Source: the human T2T-CHM13v2.0 reference genome, Homo sapiens. Taken from it: a stretch of DNA of 64,000 nucleotides. Positions within the stretch are counted from its first letter, which is position 1. The number at the start of each line of letters is the position of its first letter. Both the position numbers and the translations under genes were made by a program. The notes beneath the pieces were generated by a model. That model saw only the letters and a program-made list of their open reading frames with translations, was not told the DNA's origin and searched no databases. Shown here piece after piece: positions 1-14,423 of the stretch. The stretch is from assembly GCF_009914755.1 (NCBI RefSeq), contig NC_060932.1; one strand, 5' to 3'.

Positions 1-205
1 CACTCATGTGTACCTACATGAATGAGTCCAGAAGCAGATTCCTCAGCCCCCATCTGGCCTGCAGATGACTGCAGCCTCCGGAAAGAGCCTGAACCTCAGG
101 CACCCAGCTGAGCAGGTCTGGGTTGCTGCCCACTGAAGCCATGAGTTGAAGTTTATTGTTTTAAGCCACTACATTTTGGGGAAATTTGTGATATAGCAAC
201 AACAC
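1..205 (+). mobile_element. MaLR LTR (MLT1-family) 3' part
   Basis: Typical MLT1 terminus: ...ttattgttttaagccactacattttggggaaatttgtgatatagcaa. Confidence 0.65.
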
Positions 206-1510
206 AACACCTGAAACGTGCTGCTAGGTTTTTGTTGTTGTTGTTGTTGTTTATTTGTTTTAAAACAACACAAGATTTCACAATTAAAAGTAGCATTTCT
301 TAATAAGGCCTATAGTTAGTGAGGGCACTTAGCCCGTGCCTGTGTTGATTACTGGCTCCATGCAAGTTCCTTATTCATCTTCAAGCAGGATTATTTCTGT
401 ATCAATTTCATGATGATTAAAATTCTTTTTTTTTAATTTATCAAAGACTTTCTGAAATTCTAAACTTATTCATTGCTTACCCTTATTGATTTTTCTCTCT
501 CAGAGAATTCCTCTGGTCATGCATACCTTACTGGAATTATGTGGACAACTTTTGTTTAGTGAAGAGTGATGGTGCCCCATAGTATAGGCTCTTTGAGCTT
601 GGAACGTGTGGAAGGATCACCCAGGGGTAATCACCCCAGTCTGCCTTCCCCATCTGGTCCCTGCAGTATTTTTTTATCTTGTTCTATTTTATCTTTTCTT
701 TCTTCTTCATCATGTGTGTGTGTCTGTATGTGTCCATTTGCGATCTTCTCAGCATCTGACACAAACTGACATACTCTGACCAGAAATTTTTTCCTAGATT
801 CCAACAAAAATATCAAATTCTTTTCATGTGGGTTCAGTAGTTTTTCAACATTTATCAACATAGCTTAGAAATGCTGAGGGACAATAATATGATCTTGTTT
901 GTTTTATAGAAAATTTGATCAGAAGAAACTCTTTAAAGTATTTATCAGTCAGAAACAGGCCAAGGACGTATTTAATCGGTGAGTCATCCCTTTTTTTTCC
1001 TGAAGTCTTTGTCCCATAATCATGGAGAGTCCCATAGAATGCACCCTTGAGGATTTGCCATTCACAATTGTGACCATTCTGGAAGGTCCCCCAGTGCTCA
1101 TAACATTTAGGAATTTGTGGTTTTGCCAACTGAGGTTTGTGTACATGAGTGAGGCACTCACTTAGCAGGTAGACACCTGACCATCAGCCCAACATCAGCA
1201 TCTTAACAGAATTCTATTGATATGTAATATAAGCAGAATACATGTAATATATGGCAGGCATACATTATGGGGTGATTGCATATTGCAGCAGTATTTTATA
1301 AATTTAGTAGGTCCGAGAAATACATCTCTAAGAGCAAAGGGGCTACTGAATCTTTATGTTGTTTTTGTTCTTTTGTTTCTTCTCAAATTCTTTTGGCCTG
1401 CCTCACTTTTAGTTTGCCGTCTAGAGTTGGAAATTTTTTGTTGTTGTTATTTGAAAATGTCTTTCCCTGCTTTTATTTTGTATAAATGCAAAGCGTTACT
1501 TATATTTGCA

Positions 1511-1534
1511 TGTGTGTGTGTGTGTGTGTGTGTG
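1511..1534. repeat. (TG)12 microsatellite
   Basis: Seen directly. Confidence 0.95.
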
Positions 1535-1851
1535 CCATGCCATATATGGAAAAGACTTCAGTTTTCTGCACTCTTACCCATCAGCCTTGCCACTACCATA
1601 AAGTGACTTTAGGGTATGTCTTGCTGACTTACCAAGAATAGAGAGATGGTTACATCATTTCACCAGAGGTAACCAAGGTCAACACTTTGTAAGTCACTAT
1701 TGACTCTAGATCACCTGCCAAAATTTCAAACACCATGAGACAGCATTGGAAGGCATCCAGTGAGAGTTTTTAATTTGGAGCACTGAGCCCCAGCGTGGTT
1801 TTGCAGGATTCATATGCCAAGTGAGTGATGATAAGGGCTAAAGAGTTGTAG

Positions 1852-2155
<304 letters not shown>

Positions 2156-2374
2156 CAGGCTAAAGAGTTTTGATAAGTAAAGAAAAGAGCTTAAAAGAAA
2201 ATTAACCCTTGGTGTTTTGTAACTGAGTGGTCAAATAGAAGAAGCAGCCGTTGTGTCCTTGAAGTATGGCCAGCCTCCAAAGAGCAATGACCCCCCTAGT
2301 CTGACTGCAGCAAAGGATGTCTTCACTTTCCTAAAACAGTATCACCCACCTGCCACTCAGTATCCCCTAATATT

Positions 2375-2512
2375 GGCGGGGCATGCTGGCTTATGCCTGT
2401 AATTCCAGCTCTTTGGGAGGCTGAGGCAGGCAGATTGCTTGAACTCAGGGGTTTTGAGATCAGCCTGGGCAATATGGCAAAGCCCTGTCTCTATTTAAAA
2501 AATAAGAAAGAT
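2375..2512 (+). mobile_element. Alu left monomer (FLAM_C-like)
   Basis: Monomer with A-rich tail; flanking repeat atcccctaatat on both sides. Confidence 0.85.
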
Positions 2513-3134
2513 AGAAATCCCCTAATATAGAATGAAGTCTTTACATTCTGCACTTAGAAGTTACACTCTAAATACCCACGCCTCAGAAAAAATAATACTT
2601 TTAATCCACCCTTTGGTATGTATGGAGTTGGAATTAGATCCTTCTAAAATGATTGGACTAGACTCTGAGTGCCTTGAGGGCAGGGAGAGGGTCTTCCCAT
2701 TTCTATAAATCACTGCTCCCAGCACTGAGCCTGGTACAGCCTGAGCACTCAGCAGCCCTCAGTTCTTTCCTGAATGACCGATGGGCACTGTGAGATGAGG
2801 AAGGGAGCACCAAACACAAAACATACTTCATACTTTTGCTTTGCCTTGTTCTCAAATGTCAGAATAAAATAATGTTGGACTAGGCCAGCAGTCCAATGTG
2901 AGTCCTCTGGTTGAACAAATGCTGTAGGTACTGGGTAATTAGAATATTGTCATCAGTTACCTTCTAAGGGACCCACTGCCTGCATGGAAATAGAATGTAT
3001 CGAGTGAGGCTAAGATTTGTTCTGTGATCCCCATTGTTCTGCATTTGCCTACTTCAGAGGAAAACAGGAGTGGGGTGGGCCCTGGATATGAATGCATATT
3101 TATGCTATCTTTCTTTTTTTGTATTAGCATATCC

Positions 3135-3900
3135 AACACTGCCCATGTTATACCTTAGATCCCCAGAATTTGCCTTGTATAACCTTAGAGCAATATATAT
3201 CCTTTGACCAATATTTCCTTGTCCTTCTAACCCCCACCCACCCCCCCCACCACCTAGTAACCATGATTCTACTCTCTGCTTGCACGAATTTGACTTTTTT
3301 AGATTCCATATATAAGTGAAATCATGCAGTATTTGTCTTTCTGCATCTGGCTTATTTCACATAGCATGTTGTCCTCTAGGTTCACCCGTATTTTCCCCAA
3401 TGGCAGTATTTCTTGTTTTTGTGGCTGAATAATATTCCATTGTATGTACATACCACATTGTCTTTTTCCATGCAGCCATCGAAGGACACTTGGGTTGTTT
3501 CCATACCTTGGCTATTGTGAATAATGCTGCAACATGGGAGCGCAGGGAGCTCTTGAAGATACCACTTTCATTTCCTTTGGGAATATACTCAGAAGTAGGA
3601 TTGCTGGATCATACGGTAGCTCTATTTTTAATTTTTTGAGGAACTTCCATACTGTTTTTCATAATGGCTGTACTAATTTACCTTCCCACCAACAGTGTAC
3701 AAGGGTTCATTTCTCTCCACACCCTCTCTGCCAACCTTTGTTATCTCTTATCTTTTTGATAATAGCCATTCCACCAGGGAGGAGGTGATACCTTATTGTG
3801 GGTTTGATTTGCTTTTCTCTGATTATCGGGGCTGTTGAGCCTCTTTTCCTATGCTTGTTGGCCATTTGTATGTCTTCTTTTAAGAAAGGTCTATTCAGTC
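3135..3900 (-). mobile_element. Old L1 (L1M-type) 3' fragment: ORF2 C-terminus and 3'UTR
   Basis: Minus-strand peptide [12 protein letters not shown]...[15 protein letters not shown]...WQRGCGEK matches the end of L1 ORF2. Confidence 0.85.
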
Positions 3901-4012
3901 TGTGTGGGATGGCACTGGGTATTTCCAGCCCTGAAGGAAAAGTGAAATGCATGAGGATGAGAATTTAGGCTCTTTAGTCACTTTCCACACCTCCTTCCAT
4001 CTCCCTCATGTA

Positions 4013-4013
<1 letters not shown>

Positions 4014-4054
<41 letters not shown>
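4014..4054. repeat. (CA)20 microsatellite
   Basis: Seen directly. Confidence 0.95.
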
Positions 4055-4057
<3 letters not shown>

Positions 4058-4204
4058 GTCAGGCTGATTCAGGAACCAGCAGAAGCCCCCAGCTCCCTTT
4101 TTCCCTGCCATTATTGCTCAGTGGGCTCCGCTCTGTTCACTTGGCACCTTAATGTACTACAGCCTCTTTAACTTTCTTCTTGCTTTTTTTCCACTCTCTC
4201 TGCA

Positions 4205-5877
<1,673 letters not shown>

Positions 5878-6191
5878 CTGCTCTTTCCCACTTCCTCAAA
5901 TTCCTCTGTATGGTGCCGTCAGCCCTGTCCCCTCCACCTCCCTCCCTTTACTGGCAAAGCTGAATGAAAGGTAAATAAAAGGATAAGCTTTAAAGTAAAA
6001 TGATAAGTAGTCTTCTGCCTCTTGTTTTACTCAGCTACAAAATAAGGGATTCGCTTTTACCTATAACCTGGAGACTCTATGATTCTAAATCACCTCCTGT
6101 GAAACTGCCTCCTTTGAAAATTCCTAAATGACTCCTTCAGAATCTTCATGTTTTATCTCCCGTCCTCTTTTAAGACGTCTGTTTTCAAGAT

Positions 6192-6244
6192 AAATTAAAA
6201 CCATTTCTTAGTCAAATTAAAACCATTTCTTAGTCAAATTAAAA
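6192..6244. repeat. 22-bp tandem duplication (aaattaaaaccatttcttagtc x2.4)
   Basis: Perfect copies seen directly. Confidence 0.95.
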
Positions 6245-6691
6245 TATTCATATTTCAACAGTGGGTTTTCTCCCTTTCTTTACGTTTGCATTGTAAAATT
6301 ATTCAAAACAGAGTGGCTCATGATATTATGGGTTACACTGACTTTTGTTTGTTGCTCTGGGAACCTAAGTCCCATCTATAACATAATTTCTTCAATAAAA
6401 TGTGTTCTGAGTCCCAAATATTCTATTCAAGAGTGAATCTTTGAAACACACTGCTTATACATTGGGGACTGTTTAAACATGGTTGAATTGAAAGAAGTCA
6501 TACATCCTGACACTATTTCTTTGGAAATAAGCTTTCATTATTATGAGACAAGTTGCTTGGCCTAATTATAATAAAAGGAGAAATCAAACAGGTGGCCAGC
6601 ATTATGGAGCCATCCTCCAGCCCCAGAAAACTGTACAATGAATGGATTTCTTCATTGTGCTGCAAAGCAAAGGCCTGACTGGAACCAGAAA

Positions 6692-6731
6692 CAGGCTTAG
6701 ACCTTCAGCAGGCTTAGACCTTCAGCAGGCT
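6692..6731. repeat. 17-bp tandem duplication (caggcttagaccttcag x2.4)
   Basis: Perfect copies seen directly. Confidence 0.95.
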
Positions 6732-8285
6732 GAACATTTCTGAAATTTCACTTAATAAAGAATAGAAAATAAATAGGAGACTCAGTACATAAATGACTGG
6801 ATTGCGGGTCAAAGAAGACTGTGTCTGCTTCCCCCCTGGGCCTTTGCCCCATGCCGGTCTAGTGACTGTGCCAATGGGGCTCACCTCTCTGTGTCTCTGA
6901 GCCCTGTCAGCAACCTGCTCAGCTGCCCACAGAACTGATGCCTTCTCCACCTCCAGTTTGTTTCAGCAAATAGTAAACCTGCCTTGTCACGCAGCGTGGG
7001 CCTGAGCACTAGCCAGCTGTGTTCTCAATTCTGTGTGTAGCTCTTTCCCAATATTTCAATAGTGTGAGAGATCAATAGAGAGAATCAAAAAGACCTGCTA
7101 GTAAAGCAACCAGCGTTTGCAACTCACTAGAGCCCAGGCTAAGAAGAAAAACAGAGACCCCAAAGTGCCCAACGCCTCCGCACAAATAACACACTTATTC
7201 CATCACCGTCTTCAACTCTTTGAGCTCCCGCTATGTTTAAGGTGTCAATTGGAAGCTTTGGTGGGCTATGCAGTTGAATAAAATACAATTGCCCTCCTTG
7301 GAGAACTGCCATTCCCTGGAATCACTCCAGAGAAGTGATGAAGTAAAGGCACTTACAGCCAAGTTTCTGAGAAACTGCTGACTCTGTTTGATTGCCACAT
7401 GTCTGTGGCCAAAGCACTCCCAGGGACACCTGAGCTCACTCCAATACCTCCCCGTGGCCCTGGCACACTGTTACCTGGAGCACCAAATGTTTCACCGAGA
7501 TGATATCCCGTGTCCCTTCATCTGCCCCCAACCATCTTCTCACCAACACACTCCAAGAAAAACTGTGAGGAGAAGTATTTTCCTGTACATATTTTCCTGC
7601 ATGCACATACTTTTGTGTTTTAAAATAACAATTTCTGTTTCCAGTGGAGTTTGTTTCACATTGCTTCTTGCCAGAAAATCAAAAGAAAAAAAAGGTTCCA
7701 TTTTGATGTCTTGTTGGTGATAGTGGCGAAGAAGATAATCAATACCCCATCAGCTCCCTCCTGATCCCCCCATTCCTTGCTCTTCTCCAAAGAATTATAG
7801 GAGCCAGAAATAAAACCTCAAATTGGAAACTTGAAAGGAAATTAAATATGAAAGCCTTAAATGAAATTACTTTTCAAGCCATCTTTCTGAGTAAAGGCAA
7901 GTGTGGCAAAGTATTAGGATGAATCTAGGTGAAAGTCATGGGTATTCAATGTATTCTTTAACTGTTTTTCATGGATTGAAATTCTGCAAAATAGCAAATG
8001 GGAAGGTGATCAGCCCTCCTCCTGTCACCCCTCACTTCTCTCATGAATTCTCTCAAACAAGTACTTATAATTCTTGAAACTGTCATTGATTTAATCCATG
8101 AGGACTTGCTCCAGAACTGTTAAGCGTTGAATCTATATTCTAATTAACTTTGCCACCTATGGTTGGATAACTGTCAATGAGAAATGGTTCTTCAAAATGG
8201 AGTTAAGGCTACCAAAGATTGTGGGTGCACATTTTTTTCAATAAAAATGGGGAGTTTTCATATAGTCATCCAAAGTTTATGAATA

Positions 8286-8596
8286 TTTTTATTTTTTACT
8301 TTTTACTTTTTTTTGAGACAAGGGCTTGCTTTGTCACCCAGGTTGGAGTGAGTGGCACAATCTCGGCTCACTGCAACCTCTGCCTCCCAGATTCAAGAAA
8401 TTCTCCTGCCTCAGCCTCTGGAGTGGCTGGAATCACAGGCATGAGCCACCACGCCTGGCTAATATTTGTATTTTTAGTAGAGATGGGGTTTCCCCATGTT
8501 GGCCAGGCTGGTCTCGAACTCCTGACCTCAGGTGATCCACATGCTTTGGCCTCCCAGAGTGCTGGGATTACAGGTGTGAGCCACCACACCCAGCCA
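8286..8596 (-). mobile_element. Alu (AluSx-like)
   Basis: Full dimer in reverse orientation. Confidence 0.9.
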
Positions 8597-9399
8597 GTAT
8601 TTTTATTTTTAATTAATTAATTTTATTTGTTCATTTTTTTTCATATGTAGGTTTATTGATGAAGAAATGGACTTTGTGGAGTCTATGAAACCTATGCCTG
8701 TATTTGGAAGGTAGGTCCTAACATATGCATTAGTTTAGTTCAGTGGATACAGCATTTCATGTGCAGATAGGAGGTTTCTAGATTGGGGCCTGTCTTATAA
8801 CTTGCTATGCAACCCTTTAAACAAAAATCACCTCTGTTTCACCAAATATCAGTTTCTAACTAAAATGAGGGCTTAGACTAGAGAACTTTAAATAGCTGTG
8901 AATCGTCTGTGAAGCATCCGTGCTGCTGTCTTGACCTCACTTCACAGGCCCGAGCCTCTGCGTTGGTATCAACCAAGGCAGTGTGGAGATGATGCTGATG
9001 AGAAGCTGTATTCCATAATCCACTCATAAAACCAAGGCTAAAACCTTAAGCCCATTGCCTCAAAAATGTATAACACGGAGCCTAAGAGAAACAATATGAG
9101 ATTACACAATTAACTCCAAGGTGTTGGTGAGATGAAGAGACACTGTCCTACCTGAAGGTGAGCACAGCATAATGTTGTATTTGATTATACTGTGGCTCTT
9201 CACGGGCTCTCAGCTAGAGTCGTCAGCCTCCTTCCTGACCTTCCTAGGCCTGGCAGCTGCAGTGCCCCACCCTCTGACCAAGTGATCCTCCCAAACAGTG
9301 AGGATTTAGGGACAGAAGTGTCATCATGGATTTTGTTTACTGTGGCGTATCTTTTCAATGACCTGAGTCAAGACAGCCTGTCACCTGGACTTGCCACAA

Positions 9400-9620
9400 A
9401 GGGAAGAGTGCTGGCTGTGGAGTTGGAGCAACCTGGATTCCAATACTCCCAGCTCTTTCACCTGTCAGCATTGTGACCTTGAGCCAGTGACTTAACCTTT
9501 CTGGAGTTCTGCCTTTCTCTTCTGTAATATAGAGGTAATAGTAACACAAATCTCAAAGGACTCTTGAGGATATGATGGGATGGTGCATGGCATGTGGAGT
9601 AGTGACCTGGCCCTGGCCCA
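9400..9620 (+). mobile_element. MIR
   Basis: Core tgtgaccttgagccagtgacttaacctttctg...tctgtaa...taatagta. Confidence 0.75.
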
Positions 9621-9778
9621 TGGGAATCTGAATAGATTTAACCATGAAAATCTCTCCTCCTAGGTCTATTTGATCTTATAATAGGTTGTAATGTCTTTTA
9701 GGTGCTTTTGAAAATAAAAATATCTTTCTAAATGGAATGGTTTCATCTCCAATAAAGTTCTAACTTAATGTTGTCTAA

Positions 9779-10135
<357 letters not shown>

Positions 10136-10259
10136 TAAATGTATTCTCCTCGCATGCTTTTTTCAAAAAAGACAAAATACTTCATATACCAATGCATGTA
10201 TACATTCTTTAAAGTTAATAAAATTACAGTACAAAATAGCCTTTGGGATTGCTATACAA

Positions 10260-10598
10260 TAGGGATTGGCAAACATTTTCTGTAAAGAACTAGACTTTAA
10301 ATATATCAGGAATTGTGGCCACATGGTCTCTGTTGCAACTGCTCAGCTCCACAGTGGCATCACAACAGCAGGCGCAGACAAGAATGCAAACAATGGGCAT
10401 GCTGCGTCCTAATAAAACTTGACTGATGGGTGTGGAAGTCCAAATTTCACATACTTCTCACATGTCATAAAAGATTCTTATTCTTTTGATTTTTTTATCT
10501 AACCATTAAAAAACGTAAAAACCATTCTCAACTTTCAGGCTATACAAAAACAGAGGCGGGAACCCTTTGGTCCATGTGCCATCAGTTGCCAACCCTTG
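10260..10598. mobile_element. MER58B-like hAT-Charlie MITE
   Basis: TIRs agggattggcaaac / gttgccaacccttg; 8-bp TSD ctatacaa/ctctacaa. Confidence 0.85.
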
Positions 10599-10999
10599 CT
10601 CTACAAGAACAAAGACATGGAAAAATGTGGGATGCATTTAAAAAGTCATAAAATCTATTAGGAAACCACATTGGAAATTTAGTTTATCACTGTTCACTAT
10701 AAAATAGATGTTTGTTAATCTTGAACCACATCTAAATGACTTTAATTTTCTTAATATAAAAGATAACCTACTTAAGGGATAAATCTATGGTAATATTAAA
10801 TAGCAAGATGAAAACTTGTAATAAATTTTATGTAGTATGAGGGAGATTTTTGAGTAAATTATTACATTGAATATTTTTGCAATATTTGAATATATGAGTA
10901 TTTTGAATGAATCCTGAATAAAATTGTTGTTGTTTAGCTTATCAGTGGGTGAATGTTTTAAACACTCTGAATAATTCAAAATTTAAAACACATAGATTC

Positions 11000-11310
<311 letters not shown>

Positions 11311-11327
11311 ACACATAGATTCATACT

Positions 11328-11333
11328 TTTATT
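11328..11333 (-). terminator. CYP7A1: CYP7A1 distal polyadenylation signal AATAAA (cleavage ~11316)
   Basis: Minus strand reads cagaAATAAAagtatgaatcta; gives a ~2.9 kb mRNA, consistent with the known transcript size. Confidence 0.8.
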
Positions 11334-12147
11334 TCTGAAAGATGAATCATTTCAAAATTATCAAATGTTAGAATATTTTCTTAATATTTGTAAAATAAGC
11401 AAAAAGGTAAATATAATTTAAATATAAATACTACACAGAAATATCAATTGACATAGAGCTGATAACTCATACTTAAAATATTTTATCAAAGCATTGTTGT
11501 ACACAGCATTTAAACACTCGAGTCACCTTAGTTTTTTTCATCTGCAAGTCATTTAGCGATAAAAAGCATTTAAATAAAACATAATGTCAAGCTGCACTTA
11601 ATACACTCCACATGTTTCATAACCAAAGCTTCCAAATGGCTATTTCCATCCAGTTTTAACTTTAAAACATATCACATAAAAGCTACATTTTTTCAGTGAT
11701 AATGTGTATTTAACAATGACAGAAAAACTACCTTTTTTAATCTCTGAGAAAACTCTTCTCATTAATGTGAATGAAATAAAAATATAGAGAAGATAGTTAA
11801 AGCCGGACATAGAGTTTTCAGCAACAATAAGTTAAAACATGAAGGGAAAATAAAACCACCTTTAGTGTTTTTGGGAAATCAAGATAATCATGTTTAAAGC
11901 CCTGAATTTTGGATATAGAAGAAGTTGAAAAATATTTCCTTTTTATTAAAAGACATAACTAATCATAATCATTTGAAATATCCTTTATGATATATGATCA
12001 CACCCGAAGAACCCCACCATCTAGTCAACAAATAATGCAGTTTCACTAGAACGTGAATTTGAACATTTTTTCATAATTGTCAGGCAGTTTTATAAAAATA
12101 AAGCAGTTTCCTTAGGAAAAAACAATCTGCCAATTAGAATACATATC

Positions 12148-12272
12148 TTTTCTTCGGAGACGGGATCTCACTAAGCTGTCCAGGCTGGTCTTGAACTCCT
12201 GGGCTCAAGCCATCCTCCTTCTTTGGCCTCTCGAGTAGCTAAGACTACAGGTGCCTGCTACCACACCTGGCT
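12148..12272 (-). mobile_element. FLAM-type Alu monomer in the CYP7A1 3'UTR (sense to the mRNA)
   Basis: gagacgggatctcactaagctgtccaggctggtcttgaactcctgggctcaag...ccacacctggc. Confidence 0.85.
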
Positions 12273-12612
12273 GTAATGTGTATCTTCATTTTGAAAAAAA
12301 ATAAAATAAAGGTGTTTTCCTTTGAAAATAATAAACTTCAATCCCTGGCTATATGAACATTCATGGACTTATACAAATGAAAACAAATTATTGTGCTCCT
12401 AGAAACTAGTTCTTTTCACTAGCAGAGTCTGTGATAGCATCTGGAAACTGTCACCAAAATGTTAAGATTCACAAGCAAGCACTGGTGAACAACATTGGAC
12501 CTGGTGAATCATTTCTACCACCACTAAATGCATTTGTCCAAAGGGACTGTGTGGTGAGGGTGTTCTGCAGTCCTGTAATATCATCTAGTGTCCTCTTATT
12601 CCAGCCATGTAT

Positions 12613-12912
12613 TCACAAATGCTTGAATTTATATTTAAATTCAATATCATTCAATGGCGGCAAAATGCCCAAGCCTGCCCGGGACTGGTCCAAAGGTGGA
12701 CATTTAGCTTGGCCCTCTATAAGCTCCAATTCAAAATAAGAAAGCATCAGAATCAAAAATTGCTTGATTTCGTGGATAGCGAACAATCTTCCAGGACATA
12801 TTGTAGCTCCCGATCCAAAGGGCATGTAGTAATACTTTAACTTGAGTCCATTACAATAGAAGGTAGTCTTTGTCTTCCCGTTTTCATCAAGATACCTATC
12901 ATATTTAAAAGT
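12613..12912 (-). CDS. CYP7A1: Cholesterol 7-alpha-hydroxylase, exon 6 coding part (300 nt)
   Basis: Acceptor tgcag|ACT. Peptide [13 protein letters not shown]...[11 protein letters not shown] (FxxGxxxCxG heme-thiolate motif)...KFKHL*. Confidence 0.99.
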   Translation of the reverse strand, partial: TFKYDRYLDENGKTKTTFYCNGLKLKYYYMPFGSGATICPGRLFAIHEIKQFLILMLSYFELELIEGQAKCPPLDQSRAGLGILPPLNDIEFKYKFKHL

Positions 12913-13490
12913 CTGCAATAAAAATACAAAGAAAACCGCCTTTAAGCTAGTTTTAAAGAAATTTATCTCTTTCTAAACCTGGAAGCTCCAAAGAGTAATT
13001 TTCTTTTTAATTCTACCCCATTAGTGATTTAGCAAATACTCCACATTGAATCAGAAAGTAATAAGGAACAGGAGCTTAATGAGCTAAGGAAGCCTTGTGA
13101 TACCTCCTATCCTGCTTGAACGATTAGTTCCTTAGTCAGGCAGAGCTAGAGAGAGAAGGGTTCCCAGAAGAAACTAGAATAATCAATATATTAGCCTCCA
13201 ATTTCCTGGATTTGGGAGGAGGTGCTTTTTAAGAAAAAAAAAGTGGCAGGTTTATTATCATGACTGCAAATATAATCTAGCAAAGACTGTGTGATGGCAA
13301 ATATCAGGACTAAAATGAAAAATTCAGACCACTATCTAAATTTTCCAAAATATATGAATATTTAACACAATTAAGCAGACAATTCCTGTGACTACAATGA
13401 TAAAATCAATTCTACCATTGTAAATTTCCTCTTTATTTAGATCTAGGTAGCTATCACCTGGATATTGAATTTCAATGGGCAGGCACTTAC

Positions 13491-13666
13491 CAAAGGGTCT
13501 GGGTAGATTTCTGGATCTAAGTGCATTAACTGTGGGTAAAGAGCTATGATGTCATCTTTTCGGATGTTGTAGGAACCGTCCTCAAGGTGCAAAGTGAAAT
13601 CCTCCTTAGCTGTCCGGATGTTGAGGGAGGCACTGGAAAGCCTCAGCGATTCCTTGATTATACTAT
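13491..13666 (-). CDS. CYP7A1: CYP7A1 exon 5 (176 nt)
   Basis: Boundaries tttag|AT ... TTG|gtaagt. Peptide [12 protein letters not shown] (ExxR motif)...YPDPL. Confidence 0.99.
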
Positions 13667-13895
13667 CTAAACATTTTAAAAGAAAAAAAGATAAAAAATG
13701 AAAGAAGGAAGGGAGGAAGGAAGAGAAGAACAAACCAAGTGTTTGAAGGTCATATGATATAGAGTCTGAACTACAGACAGCCTGGCAGTGCATAACACAA
13801 AGATGAACAGGGTATGGGAAGCTGATCAGATAAAAATTTCCCAAACTTTCTTTCTGTTACCACTATGCTGTTATCAATGATTCAACTGTGTCTGA

Positions 13896-14208
13896 ATTTT
13901 TTTATTTTTGTTTTTCTTTTTAGCCAGGGTCTCATTCTGTTGCCCATGCTGCAGTGCAGTGGCATGATCCTGGCTCACTGCAGCCTCAACCTCCCAGGCT
14001 GAACTGATCCTCCCACCTCAACCTCTCGAGTAGCTGCGACTATAGGCATGTGCCACCATACCCAGCTAATTTTCTTCTTTTTATTGTTTGCAGAGACAGG
14101 GTTTTGCTATGTTGCCCAGGTTGCTCTTGAGCTCCTAGGCTTAAGCAATGTGCCCATCTCAGCCTCCAAAAGTGCTTTGATTACAGGTGTGAGTCACCGT
14201 GCCTGGCC
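13896..14208 (-). mobile_element. Alu (AluJ) in intron 4
   Basis: J-type features (gcagcctcaacctcc, ctcctaggcttaag). Confidence 0.88.
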
Positions 14209-14375
14209 TGAATGTATCTTTAAATCTGATCCTGAGTTAATAATAATCTTTTGATTAAGAGATAATCATCTTGGTCATAATTGGGAAACAAAATTCCATC
14301 ATTTTATAGAAGAGTAATGTAATAAAACTGGAAAAATCAGTAATACATTTTTATAGAAATTATTCAAAGTTTATC

Positions 14376-14423
14376 ACTTCTGAGATTTAATATACTGAGG
14401 ACTTCTGAGATTGAATATACTGA
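14376..14423. repeat. 25-bp-period tandem duplication (acttctgagatt[t/g]aatatactga)
   Basis: Two copies with one mismatch. Confidence 0.9.

Larger units (their letters stand above)
11316..12612 (-). other. CYP7A1: CYP7A1 3'UTR (AU-rich; contains an Alu monomer)
   Basis: Lies between the stop codon (12613-12615) and the poly(A) signal; several AUUUA pentamers (plus-strand taaat). Confidence 0.8.

Noticed and set aside
6192-6731. Short direct repeats as a CRISPR-like array
   Set aside because: Adjacent tandem duplications without spacers, in eukaryotic DNA, with no cas genes.
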